A stretch of 64,000 nt of DNA, taken from NCBI GenBank assembly GCA_043228905.1, contig JBHGNT010000015.1:1550001-1614000 (forward strand). The letters run 5' to 3'. The translations under genes were made by a program, and so were the position numbers. Under the pieces are notes generated by a model that worked only from the letters and a program-made list of their open reading frames with translations, did no database searches and was not told where the DNA came from. Position 1 is the stretch's first letter. Each line of letters starts with the position of its first letter. Source of the DNA: Azolla caroliniana (Eukaryota; Plantae; Polypodiophyta). Shown piece by piece: positions 12,490-25,428 of this stretch.

Positions 12490-15400
12490 TTTCAGCATTA
12501 GCCAAGGTTGGCTTGGTTGTTAAATTTGTTGATGACAGGTGTACAATTCATGATTTGTCCAATGGGGATGTTATTATTGCTTTTGGCATTTATGTCGTGG
12601 GTTGTATAAGCTCGTAGATTATGAAAGATCTATAAATGATTCAACCTATGCAATACAAGATTCTCAGGCTATTTTAGATGCAAAGATTTGGCATCCACGC
12701 TTTGGTCATCTGAATTTTGCAAGTTTGCTTCGCTTGCAGAAATCTGAAATGGTGTCCTCCTTGCCCAAACTTGAGGCACCTCAGAAACATGTTTGTGAAG
12801 GTTGTATTTTGGGCAAAATGCAACGTTCATCCTTTCCAAAATATGGTTCAGTTAGAGCTTCGCAGAAATTGTAGCTCGTTCATAGCGATGTTTGTGGTCC
12901 TATGCAGACACATTCTCTTGCGAACTATCTTTATTTCGTGACTTTCATTGATAACTTTTCTAAGCATGCATGGGTATATCCATTGAAGGCGAAGTCCGAA
13001 GTGTTTTTGTGCTTCAAACAATTTCTAGCTTTGGTTGAGAATTTGTCAACATGTAAAATGGGCACCCTCCGTTTTGATCGGGGGGGGGGGGGGGGGGGGG
13101 GAGTATATGTCTTCTAAGTTTAATTCATTTCTGGCTGAACGTGGGATAAAACATCAGTGTACAGTGCCGTATACACCTCAACAAAATGGAGTTGCTGAAA
13201 GAAAGAACAGGTCACTCATGGAAATGGTGAGGTGTATGGTCAAAAGTCAGGCCTTACCACATAGTCTCTGGCTTCAGGCTGTCATGTGTGCAACATATGT
13301 ACTCAACAGGTGTCCCACTAAAGCATTGCACTCTATCACTCCATCTGAAGCTTGGCATGGCCAAAAGCCATATGTTGCTCATCTGCGTGTTTTTGGTTGT
13401 TTGGCATATGCATTAGTGCCTAAACAACAATGCAAAAAATTGGATGATAAAGCAGTGAAATGTATTTTTGTAGGATACAGTTCTGAAAGTAAAGGCTATC
13501 GTATGTATCATCCACAATCTAAACGCATTTTGGTTAGCTGTGATGTTGTTTTTGTGAAGGATGCAATTCAGCCACTTCTTTCATGTACGAAGGAGACATC
13601 AGTTAGCTCCAGAGATGTGTATGACACTTTGTTGCCTCTGTTTACAAGTGGACAGTTAAGTGTTGGCCCACTTGAGGCACCTTCTCAACCTTTGGAAGCT
13701 ACTCATAATGATGCAAATCATTCCATTTTTGATGCAGATCATTCCATTTCTGATGCAGACTTACATGATGCACTTATTAATGAGAGGGATGATATAGAGG
13801 AGGCAAAGATTGTGCCTAAATGGCTGTTGCAGACTTTGCAAGACAGTAAATTGGATTTTCCTTTGTCATATGGTACTCGTTCAGGTTATCATAGTGCTTC
13901 TTTTGCATCAAATTATTATGCTATAACGGCCTCTAGTCTTTGTGATGAGAATGAGCCTGTTTCTTTTGATGAAGCACAAAATTTAGAAAATTGGATGGTT
14001 GCTATGCAATCAGAATATGATATTATTATGAAGACTAGTACATGGTCTTTATGTGACTTGCCTCCTGGCAAGAAGGCTATTGGCACTGAGTGGGTATATA
14101 AGCTAAAGAGTAAACCTGATAGAACAATTGACAAGTATAAGGCTAGGCTTGTTGCGAAAGGTTATGCCCAAGAAAAAGGCATTGATTTTGATGAGACCTT
14201 TGCTCCCACCTGTTGTATGACTATTGTTCGTAGCATCTATGCAATTGCAGCTCATCGTGGTTGGAATGTACATCTGTTGGACATTAAAACAACATTTCTA
14301 AATGGTGATCTTCATGAGGAAGTGTATGTATCTCAACCTAGAAAGGGCATGAACACAAAGTGTGCAGGTTGAGAAAGGCATTATATGGCTTGAAGTAAGC
14401 ACCACATTCTTGGCTTGAAGCAAGCACCACAAGATAGATAAGTTAGAGAAATGAAATACTCAAGAAGAAGATTTATATTCACAAGTAGAATGAGAAATAC
14501 AAAATGTAGCAGTACAAGGAGTCACAACCGACTTAGTATGAAGTATGAGGAGGCTGCTTTATATAGAGTCACCCTCTCTCTTCATTAATTTTACAACAAC
14601 CATTCTCTCTCTCTTGGGGAATGTGAAGACTCATAGTCATGGGGAATATGTAACTCATTAGTTATGTGTCATAGAATATGATTCTATGACACATAGTTAA
14701 TGTGTAGAGAGTAGTGGTGTGACTCTTGACCTTTGAGTAATCATAGATTCTCAAAAGGTGTGTTCACACATTGTGCTATGTTGAGCTTGATTCTCAACAT
14801 TTACGTTTGAGTTTTCATGATGTTGGAGATGCATTTGATGTTGTTCTCTATCAACAGGCAGTTGGATGCTTTATTTACTTATGCATAACCCGACCTAACA
14901 TTCAGTTTGTTGTCTCTCAGATGAGCAGGTTTATGCATTGCCCAGGAGTTAAGCATTGGCAGGCAGTTAAGCGCATCTTTCGTTACTTGAGTGGTACCTG
15001 GTCACTTGGGTTGTTTTATCCCAAGGGGGGATCACTACCGCTAGACCTGCGTGCTTTTTTTGACTCTGATTGGGCTGGTTGTTATGTCACTCGTGTGTCC
15101 ACAAGTGGTTTTTGCTTCATGCTTGGTAGCTCATGCATATCTTGGTTGACCAAGAAGCAGCCTACTATGGCCACTTCTAGTTGTGAGGCTGAGTATAGGG
15201 TAACTTTCACAGCTACAGTTGAGTGTGCGTGGCTCAAATGCCTTTTAGCTGATTTGGGTGTTGGTCAGTCTTCTGCCACCACCATCTTCACTGACAATCA
15301 AAGTGCAATGGCAATTGCGAGGAACCTTGTGTTCCATGCTCACACTAAGCACATTGAGGTGCATTATCACTATGTCAGGGAAAGGTTCTCCGTTGGAGAG

Positions 15401-15665
15401 ATCAGTTTGGCTTATGTGCCCACGCAGGAGAACATTGCAGACCTCTTCACAAAGGCTCTGCCTAAGGAGAAGTTTGAAGCTTTCCGCAAAGCTTTAGGCC
15501 TAATCCCATTTGTGGATTCATCTCAATCCACATAGCTTGGCATTTGTTTAACCATGAGTGTCAGCTCCTTGTTCAACGCATCACTCCCAAGGGGGCTTTG
15601 TTGACATATTTTGGTAGTGATGTGTGTGAACACATTTAGGACATTAATGTGTGAACACACTTAGG
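12490..15665 (+). mobile_element. Ty1/Copia LTR retrotransposon, 5'-truncated and inactive
   Basis: GAG-pre-integrase WHPRFGHLN..CEGC; integrase HSDVCGP, TPQQNGVAERKNR; RT YKARLVAKGY, LYGLK; RNaseH DSDWAG, TKHIEVHYHYVRE, ADLFTKAL. PPT-like AAGGGGG followed by TGTTG at 15599. Stops and frameshifts, a 22-G run at 13080-13101, and the RT core deleted. Confidence 0.93.
14431..14799 (-). mobile_element. Antisense LTR fragment nested in the Copia RT
   Basis: Non-coding insert ending TCTCAACA (reverse complement TGTTGAGA). Contains TTTATATAG (reverse complement CTATATAAA, TATA-like) and a perfect 15-bp inverted repeat at 14663-14695. It replaces the missing RT segment. Confidence 0.6.
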
Positions 15666-16380
15666 ACTACAAGGGTATTTTTTCCCTCTTTAGGAGTTTT
15701 TTCCCCCTGTCCATAAAAACTCTCATAATCCTAAAGTGATGAAGCTTTTTGGGATTCAATGCAAGAACCCAACATCACCAAGCAAAAATATAAAGATAAA
15801 CCCAAGCTAAACTTCCCTTTTCTAAGAGGTTGATTCTCAAACTACGAATCATGAAAACTTATTACATCTGAATATGTTCATTTATTAATCTCTGAGTCTT
15901 GACAAGCTTTGTGATTTCTATTTGAGTACACGTACTAACCTAAATTATGTACATTTGGTAAAGAGAGAGAAACATAAATGTGGCAACTCATGTTATTACC
16001 AAACATGATTGTTACCTGGAGTATGAACCAAAGGAGGTAAAATATTCACAATGTTCCAACTAACTACTCTTTAAGAGTATGGCATTGTGAGTTCTTCAAA
16101 CAAACCCAAAAAAGAGAGATAATGAGACTGCTAGGGCATTTTATTATTAACGGTAACTGGGAGACCATATCAATAATTCCTTGTTGTTTCACTGTCTTGT
16201 ATAAATCCAATGTTCACATGAAAACATCCGGAAGTTCAAATATGATCACCCCTCATGGCTATGCACCATGCCATAGTCAAATGAAATTCCTTGAATCTCT
16301 ATCAAATACGACGTGGTTCTCTTTTTATATTCATCAATGTCAGAAAACAATATGGTGCATTTTCTTCACCAGAGGTATTG

Positions 16381-16840
16381 ATGGCATTTAGGAGAGTCGA
16401 AAAGTCATGTGTTTTACTAGGATTGGTAAAAGGGCATGATATGTTTAACTTCTTGCCTTCTCGATCATTCACCTCTTTGCATCTTCAGATAGCTTTTGAC
16501 GGTGGACTGCATATCCTTCTTGCGATACCTTTGTGAGAGCATTATGTCTCTAATCCAATGAATGAACCTTCCAAACTGCATGTCACCAGCAACATCTTGG
16601 CCATTAACATGCCCCATGTTTAATTCTAATGGCTTTAGGAGAGTTGACAAGTCATGTTCTTTACAAGGATTGATAAAAAGGACGTGTTATGGTTAACTTC
16701 TTGCCTTCTCGATCATACACCTCTTTAATGGTGAACTGCATTTCTTTCTTATGATATTTTCATGTGAGCATTGTGTCTCCTAACTTCATTTCACCAGCAA
16801 CATCTTGGCCATTAACATGCTCCATGTTTAATTCTCATTG
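16381..16840. repeat. Tandem duplication (~250 and ~210 bp) covering the PPR stop codon and 3' flank
   Basis: ttaggagagt...ttaacttcttgccttctcgatcat...caccagcaacatcttggccattaacatgc is present twice. Confidence 0.85.
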
Positions 16841-18203
16841 CTTCAATCTTATCTGCATCCAATTGCATTGCGGCATCTGCATACATATTACGCATACAAA
16901 CATATGGGATAGGATTCTTTTCATCCAATTGTATTGCATGTTCGAAAGCCATTCTTCCAAGCTTTAAATCCCCCAATTTTTGACAAGCACCTAACAAAGC
17001 AGTCCATACTGGAAAATAATCTGATGTTGGCATCTTCTCGATCACAGCTAATGCCTTATCAAAGTGTCCAGCACGACCAAAAAGATCAACCATGCAAGCA
17101 TGATGCTCTAACGTCGGTAAAATACCATAACACGTGCTCATAGTCTCAAAGTACATTTCACCCTTTTCTATTAGGCCTGCGTGACGACATGCATTAAGCA
17201 CCACGGTGAAAGTCACTAGATTTGGTTGTATTTGTTGACTTATCATTTTGTTGAACATTTCAACCACAATATCATGCTTTCCATGTTGGGCATATCCTGC
17301 CAGAAGCACCGTCCAAGTGACGACATCCTGAATTGGAAGCTCATCAAATACTCCTTGCGCTTTACCAAGTGCACCACATTTTGAATACATTTCCAACAAT
17401 GCAGTACCAACCAAGATATTTTCCTTAAGCAATCTTTCTCTAGAAATATCACCATGTAACTCTTGACCTTTCTCTATGGCTCCTATGTTACCGCATGCTT
17501 TCAAGATGCATACAAATGTGGATGCATCGGGACAGAAACCTGAGCATCGCATTTGTTCAAAGCAATTCAGAGCTAACTCACTATCCCCATGTTGGACATA
17601 ACCCATTATTAATGTAGTCCAGGAGACTAGATTTTGTATAGGCAGTTCATCAAATATGTCATGAGCTTTTGAAAGCGCACCACATTTGGCATACATATCT
17701 ACTAAAGCACCCCCGACCATAACATCTTTTTTGAGCAAACCTTCTCTAATGATCTCAGAATGTATCTCTTGACCCTTACAAGTTGCTCGAATGATTCCAC
17801 AAGCTTTCAATATACAAACAAATGTTCTCCCATCGGGAGAGAAACCTTCATTTCTCATTCTATTGAAACAATTCAACGCATCTTCAGCATGACCATATTG
17901 AACGTACCCTGCTATAAGAGCAGTCCACGACACAACATTTCGGGTGGTAAGTTGATCTAATACTTCTTGGGCTTTGACAAGAGCACCGCATCTCGCATAA
18001 AAGCTAATTAAAGTGGTTCCTACATAAATGTCTTTTTCAAGTATTCCTCTTCTTAGAATATGAGCATGGATTTGAATTCCTTCATTGAGGTCTTTTCTCT
18101 TGGCACAAATCTTTAACAAGGAGACAAGTGTAGAGTCCTTGCTCAATCTTGTGGCAGTAGAAGAAGAAGCACAAGAAGCCATTCCAAAAGGGCGTATTGA
18201 CAT
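16812..18203 (-). CDS. PLS-class pentatricopeptide repeat protein with E motifs and no DYW domain; single exon
   Basis: Repeated P/L/S motifs (VVSWTALIAGYVQ, TFVCILKACG, ALVDMYAKCG) and E motifs (EHHACMVDLFGRAG, VWTALLGACQ). First true ATG at 18203 (alternative 18182); the ORF-track start at 18347 is TTG. Confidence 0.92.
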   Translation of the reverse strand: MSIRPFGMASCASSSTATRLSKDSTLVSLLKICAKRKDLNEGIQIHAHILRRGILEKDIYVGTTLISFYARCGALVKAQEVLDQLTTRNVVSWTALIAGYVQYGHAEDALNCFNRMRNEGFSPDGRTFVCILKACGIIRATCKGQEIHSEIIREGLLKKDVMVGGALVDMYAKCGALSKAHDIFDELPIQNLVSWTTLIMGYVQHGDSELALNCFEQMRCSGFCPDASTFVCILKACGNIGAIEKGQELHGDISRERLLKENILVGTALLEMYSKCGALGKAQGVFDELPIQDVVTWTVLLAGYAQHGKHDIVVEMFNKMISQQIQPNLVTFTVVLNACRHAGLIEKGEMYFETMSTCYGILPTLEHHACMVDLFGRAGHFDKALAVIEKMPTSDYFPVWTALLGACQKLGDLKLGRMAFEHAIQLDEKNPIPYVCMRNMYADAAMQLDADKIEAMRIKHGAC

Positions 18204-19701
18204 GAAAAAAACGTGAGTGTTTTGTAGATATGTTTGAAAGAGAGATGTCAGAAATATAGATGGAAGAATACCTTCAGGGAAGCACGTGGGAGGGAGATTG
18301 GTATCACAAAGAACGTCTGCAGAAGAGCAAGTGACGGATGAAAACAAGCATTCTTCCTTTCTCTCATCGCTACTCTTTTTGTTGAAATTGTTTCCTAACC
18401 AAATGTTCTGACTCTTGAGACCAACATTTCGGGAGATTTAGCTTTAATTTGGAAATGGGAACTAGTAGCGACTGCAATTTCGGATTACCGCGTACTACTC
18501 GAAAAATTGCCGGAATTTTTCTTCTTTGTCGAAGGACCAGAATGGTGTAGGCTTGTAGCATTCACAAGAGAAGGGTACACAGAGAATGAGCCTAAGACTC
18601 ATGATTCTAGGCCATTTCCCATTAAATCACCCTCCACCGTCAATGAACTGTTTTGACTTGAGAGTTTAACACGTCTTCATATTACACATAACGTCAAGAG
18701 TGGATTCACTTCTGAGTCAAATTTCGTGATGAGATGAAAGCCCTTATGAATGCTCTTCTTGTTAACATGGCCCAATTGAAAATGGCATATTCATTACATG
18801 AAGAGATGGTTCACTACTACATCCAACATCGTCATGTGATGAAAGCCCTCTCTGATGATCTTTGTGTTAACTTGGCACAATGCTTTTGGGATTGGATTCA
18901 CCTTAAGTTGGCTTGATGAAGCAACTCAGACGTCATATGCATTGACAACAATTTAATTAGAAAATGGAGTGTTCAATCTATGAAGAGAGATGGTGGTGGG
19001 TTTAATAAAAATAAGATAAAAGATTGTTTATCTGCCATTGTTACATGAGTAGATGACTGTTTATATCTAGGAATAAAATAACCAAATTTGAAGCAATTTT
19101 AAATTATGCTTGCCACAAAAATAGTGATAAACTCTACTTAATGCCAAAAAATACTTATTCAATATTGATTTGATTGTACCATCTAACCTCCCAAAGGATG
19201 TTTTGGGCAAGAACATATATATTGACAAGATTATGAAACTGATGTAATGTACAACTTAAAAAATCTGCGCGAAAGATTACTTCAAAACTACAATTTCTGC
19301 ATGGAAGAGTTGAAGTTGCCATAACATAGTTAAGTTGAAGTTTTGAGTGCCCTTGTGTGTAACAAGACAAGAAATTGTCTCATTCATCCAGTCATGCACA
19401 TGAGCAACAAACAAGTATGAAATTTAAGCAACTGCAGCTACATGACGTGATTATCACTAGTTGCCATAGCATAGTTCGGTTGAAGCAGCAAGATATCCTT
19501 GTGTCTTCACATCAAACGATCATATATTTATACGCACATAAGCAACAAAATATGACAGACTTTAAACTTGGTCGTATTCAAAATAGATTTACAGGCAAGA
19601 ACCATATGAAATAATTGGTTTGAATAAAATATGTAAAAGATTTACAGACACTGTAAAACACATTCCAGAAGTTAACAAAAAAATATTGGGAGGGTTGATG
19701 T

Positions 19702-21848
19702 TTAACTACAAAGTTGAGTACATAATTCTTGCAAAACAGAGTTTGATTGACTAGCAGAAGTTGAAGCAGTCTTGTTGTTCTTCAAGCATGTCATTACCAA
19801 GTTATCCCCTGTTGTGAGAGTCTGTTCCAAAGAGAAAATATTAGCTTTGACCTGAATAGAAAACTTGAATATTATTGCAGAATAATGCCATAGTCATATA
19901 TTGACTATATGTGATTGTTCTTATGCAAACTTACACTGCAAGTGGCACTGACATCGTCACAATTCCACCTTGATGTAGGAACACAACTCACATAATGGCA
20001 CCATGTGCATTTCTTATTCCCATCCACTCCTCGGAATACCAGTACAAAAACAATAGCAAATCTGTGTATGCAATTGAAGAGTAAATGTGTTGCTAAGGCA
20101 TTCGGCCAATAAGATAAAAGATTAAGATAGTCTATTCAATGGGATAAATAAGGCTCTTACCCAGCGATTAGAAGTACTAGGGCAATGAGAAACAAGATGT
20201 ATTGATACAGTTTATGCTTTTTTGTCGGAGATTGAACTTCATAACCAGCGGGTATATATGCACGGTTTACCCAACCAAATTGAGGTCTCAAAAGCAGCAC
20301 AAAACCAGAGAGAAAGCCCACGATAAAGCCTCCTATATGAGCAAAATTGTCAACGTGTGGCAGAATGCCGACAGCCAAATTCAATGCTACCACAAGAACA
20401 AGGGTAACTAAAGCTGCAAACTGAAACCAAAACAAAGATATACTACCCTCTGTTTAGTTTTTAGTTAAAGATGAAGGAATAGGTCATAGAAGCACAATAA
20501 ATGTGAGTAATATATGTACTAAAACAAATCGGTCCTGAATAGTTCAGTTCAAAAGAAATGACCTTGTTAGCATAGATTGACCAGTTCGTAATCAGTTCTG
20601 ATAACATGGCTCCTAGTAAGCCAAAAACAGCACCCGAGGCTCCAACTGAAATCCTTGATTGCAGAAACAATGCTGATAGTAGACTACCCCCGAGGCCAGA
20701 TAACAAGTAAACAATCCCAATTTTCACTGTCACAGTAGTTAGTCAGTTTAGGCAATGTTCTACAATATCAAAAATACCTTTCTAAGGCAAAGGTATCAAA
20801 AGATACCATACTCTTATAGTTTTAGAATATTGAAGATGTTGGGACTTATTTCACACCAGCGAGACTGATTTTCTTGGCAGAAATGTCGGGATTTCTCGAG
20901 AGAGATACTGCATTAGGATTTACCCTGTACAATCTTCTCATTACACCATCCATCTAGTGATGTGCTTAATTAGCGCAAAGCTCAAAATCTCGTTGCTTAA
21001 AGAGGGCACTGAGAAGTTCTTGGTTAGATCCTATTGCAGTAAATCTCTCTTTGAAGAAATTCCAAAAACATTTCTTACAGATCTGGTACATATTGTCATG
21101 GTTTCACTGACTCAAAATACCCCAAATTCATCGACATGTAGCTTACATTTTAGAAGCTAGTAACAGTAGTATTTTTCATACATATTTTCTATAAAAACAA
21201 ACAATAAAGAATCTAATTTCAAATGACACCACTATATATGAAGAGGTTTTTACTTACAAAATCCGAACTCTTGTTCTAATTTGATCCCAATGAAGAGTAA
21301 GCTCAGCATGTTAGCTAATATATGAACAACGCCTGCATGCAACCAAAGGCAAGTAATAAGGCGCCAGCCTTGATGATTATGCACGACCTTGTTTGTATCA
21401 AGGGCACCCAGTTGCTGCAACCTGCCCAAATGGCATAATAAAAAAAAACTTACAGAACATTTCAAGAGTTAATACAAAAATTTTGGTGATTAAACCTCAT
21501 CATATTATATGTGGGAAATACTGTAGCATAGAGACACAAACCACTAGAGGGAGTACCTTTTGCAGGTACACCTCAAAATAAATATATAATTGGAAGAGAA
21601 GATAGAGTCCGGAAGGATAATGTATCCTACATATCCTTTACAAATTTCAAATAGAGCAATTCGCTACAGCAAGAAACATTGCTAAGAATCTCTAACTCAT
21701 CAAGACCTTAGCTCTGATCTTAAATAAACTGTGATCAAACTGTCTTTCCAGAGGATGACACAAGATTACTGGAGAATCTAGTGTGCCTGTGTAATTCCTC
21801 TTGCTTTTGTATCCTAACATATATGAGAATTCACACACAGAGAGAGAG

Positions 21849-21885
<37 letters not shown>

Positions 21886-23446
21886 CATGCCATGCACACA
21901 ACTTAAGCAACAGTTTGCCTCAAACTTCTGTAACTACCTAACATGAAATCTTAGTGATAACAATCCTTCTTTCAAGCATACTTTGCAGTTGCATTGATCT
22001 CTCTTCCCTTAAAGGCCTTTGAATACTGGCAGATGCAATATTTCATGGATGGCTGGCTGAAATCGCCATCCTAATATACATGAAACTTATTGAGACATAT
22101 GCAGGTCAATTCATGCACACTTTCCGAGATAATGAGGAGTCCTGAACAGTTCACTTTTAAGTTTGGTTATTACGTCCCCTCTCCTAACTTTCTATCAAAA
22201 GAAATTTCTTTCCATGCAAATGCTTTAATTTGTAGTCTCAACTGCTTTTCTTCATATGAAATACCTCTCCATTGTTTATGCTGACTCAATTGTCACTACT
22301 CAATTTATATGTCTATGTATTAACCTGGATTAGATCTTATATATTGCCTCTCCTAACTTTGCTACATCTACTAGCATTCTTTGGATAATATGCCTAATCT
22401 GTTCTCTCAATTAACCTTCTTCACATAATATGCTTAATATGTTCTCTCTACTAGCATTCTTCACATAATATGCTTAATCTGTTCATTTTTGTGTGCCCTC
22501 TCCATTGAATGTCGAACAATCAAATAGGAGGGTATGCATATGTGTACACAATTAGTTTTACATAATATGCTTAATCTGTTCTCGCTACTAGTATTCTTCA
22601 CATGAAAAGTCTTCATAGCTTTGCTGACTCTGTTGCCTCTACTTAGCCTCTCCATATGAATTTTTCTTTATAAATGACTCTATTAACATTGGTTCATAGT
22701 TGCCACTGGCAAGTAAGATAGGGATATGTTATTAAAACATATTCATTACTATGATTTGAATCTGATATACTAATCAGTTAAATAAAATACACATAAACTA
22801 GCTCCAGTTATGAAATTAGATATAAGACAGATAATGTGGTTACTATCTTAGCCCTGTTTCGATGCATATAAAGCACATGATGAGTTGAAAAAGGGTCCAA
22901 TTTTACTTGAATACAAGATGCAAAATCTGGTTATGTCAGGATGCCTAACTTTTTTTCTAAATAAGTGCTTTTGCTTGGGGCTTATCATTAATCATCTGTG
23001 CCTACTACCCTTCTTAATGTGAAATGTCTCCCCATTGCTGTGCTCTTCAGAATCTTGGAAAAGATCGAGGGACAAACCTAATTTTATTTGATATTTTTAT
23101 GAAAATGTGAATTAGAGGGGAGAGAGAGAGAGAGAGAAACTTACGCACGAGATGAAGGACCAAAGAGAGGATTCTCGCTGAGAGGTTGGAATGAGAAACG
23201 ATGAAGAAACTTGGCGACGCACTTGCCATCTACAGTGTTCTTGGGGCAATTGTTGATATACATGGTGAGCAGAAACATGATCACATTCACAACGACAACG
23301 AGGGGAATGAGAAGGGAAATCCTCCTCTCCTTCGCCTCTTCAGGGAAATGCAGGGGCACACCAGAGTCTTGAACAGGGTATACATCTTTCCGACTCCTGA
23401 CTGATCTGTGGGTCATGGCTACTTTCTTCTCGAGATCTTCCCCCAT
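19702..23446 (-). CDS. Rhomboid intramembrane serine protease (plant RBL1/2-like), 6 exons
   Basis: Exons 23446-23145, 21421-21258, 20726-20563, 20420-20161, 20061-19935, 19821-19702. Motifs [26 protein letters not shown]...N, catalytic [25 protein letters not shown] and C-terminal LCTQLCS. Confidence 0.93.
22365..22605. repeat. Short imperfect repeats in rhomboid intron 1
   Basis: Variants of CTACTAGCATTCTTCACATAATATGCTTAATCTGTTCTC, about 4 times. Confidence 0.6.
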
Positions 23447-23475
23447 GCCGCTCAAATGTGAATCCGATTCAAAGA

Positions 23476-23518
<43 letters not shown>

Positions 23519-23779
23519 TCTGCTAGAGAGATTGGCAGAGAGCAGGGGTGGGCTATGGGGTGTCTTAGAGCTCACTCTGCACCCCAGAACAAGAACAACA
23601 GAGTATCATCCATGGCAGGACCTCAGAAATAGAAGGTCCATGGATTTTAAATACATACATATAAGAGGTGAGGTGAGCATGTGAACAACAGAAAAACAAA
23701 AACAGAGTCTCTCTCTCTGTCTCTCTCTCCACCGACTCTTTTTCGGATCTACATTGATATAACATCTCACTGATTTTAT

Positions 23780-25428
23780 TGCTCGGAACCGAGGCTACGG
23801 AGAGTAGCCATTGCGGGTACGCAAGTTAAGTCTCTTTTACTCTACGCAGACGACATAGTTTTTTTTGCTCTCGGAGCCTGAACACATGACCTTACAACAG
23901 CACCTTATTGCCCTACATGACTTTTGGCACACAACAAGGACTGGTAGTGAATGTCGCAAAAACGTAAAAAGTCCCTATCTTTCATACATCGTCTTTCGCG
24001 TTAGGCGTAAATGTCCCCTAATCCTCTCTCATAAACAAGTTGAGGTATTTGGATCGTATGTATATCTGGGACTGTCACTTTTATTGCTCGTTCAGGTAAA
24101 TTCTCGATGACCCACGCAACCAAAGATAGGCTAACGAGAGGGTATGCATCCCTCTCACTCTTAGAGAGACAATGCCACCATGCATAGTTTCAAGAGCCAT
24201 GGACTAAGGGATGGCTCTTCGACTCATTAGTGACCCCTTCCCTCATGTATGCATCAATAGTATGGGCTCCAGGTCTTACCATCTTTCATGTGGACGCAAT
24301 TAGAGAGACCTTTGGTGACGATGTTATCACGTCAACTCCGAAGCAAATCGACAGTACCACATGACATTATTAGAGCAGAGTTCAGTTTGCCCCCAATGTT
24401 AGTAGAAGCACTTTTCTAATTGGGGGTTTTTATTCATAGGATACATAGCCAACCACAAGATAGGATATCCCATCAAGCTTTTGAGGCATTCCAACCCCTA
24501 TATGCATTCGGAGATACTAGCTCTTGGTATAGCACGGTACTTCATGCACTTCTCTAAGTTAGGTTTTATTACATGACCAAAATATGTAGATACATTCTTA
24601 TCAAATGCACTTAGGGTGGCCATTGGACAACTTAGGATATCATCTCACCAACTTGAGATTGAGAATGGTCATGCTAATAGAGTCCCTAGAGAGGAAAGGC
24701 AATGTAGGTTATGTCACATAGAGATAGAGGATGAGTATCACTTTACATGCAAGTGTCCAACTTATGCCGAGATAAGGGCGAAATACTAGGACCCTCTCCC
24801 ACCCTCTCCAAACTGTTAGATACCCCTGATATAAAGAGACTAGGTAGGTGTATCTTAGAGTTAAAATAACATAGGGAGAATAAACTACAAAGTGTAAGCC
24901 ATAACCATTTTAATATTCACCAACATGTACATGTAACTAATGTAATTTTTCAGGAACAAGGGGAGACAATGAATGTGGACACACCTACACCACTCGGCCT
25001 CTCTCTTGATAAAGCAGAAAGGCAAAGAACAACCAAACGCCCTCGGATGTCGGGCTTCAAAGCAACTTGACGTGGAGTAGAAACAATTAAGAAGATAAGG
25101 GAACGTGACCTACGCCGCCTAGAAGCTATGGTTGGGATACCTCTTACATTGGAACCGCAGGCCACATCCACATCGAAACCCTTTGACCTCCCGCTTGTTT
25201 TCGAGAGACTTGGATGGAAATGAAACTAGGCCTAGTATAAAGCCATTTCCTTATAGAATACGTTTTTTTATTTACTAGAACTCATTAGCTTAACTTCTTT
25301 TTTTCTTTTTTTCTTTTTTCTTTTTCTTTTTTACTTTCGATGAATGGGTAAATACCCCATTTTTGTTGTAAACCAATTGTCTCATGGACCAATTTTGGCC
25401 TTAGAAAACGTTAATATCTCTCTCTCTT
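23780..25428 (+). mobile_element. 5'-truncated decayed LINE (family A)
   Basis: LLYADDIV at ~23838-23861, YVYLG, and a CCHC knuckle (CRLC..EDEYHFTCKC) at ~24700-24755. The 3' tail gatgaatgggtaaatacccc...gaaaacgttaatat ends in (TC)n. Confidence 0.85.
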
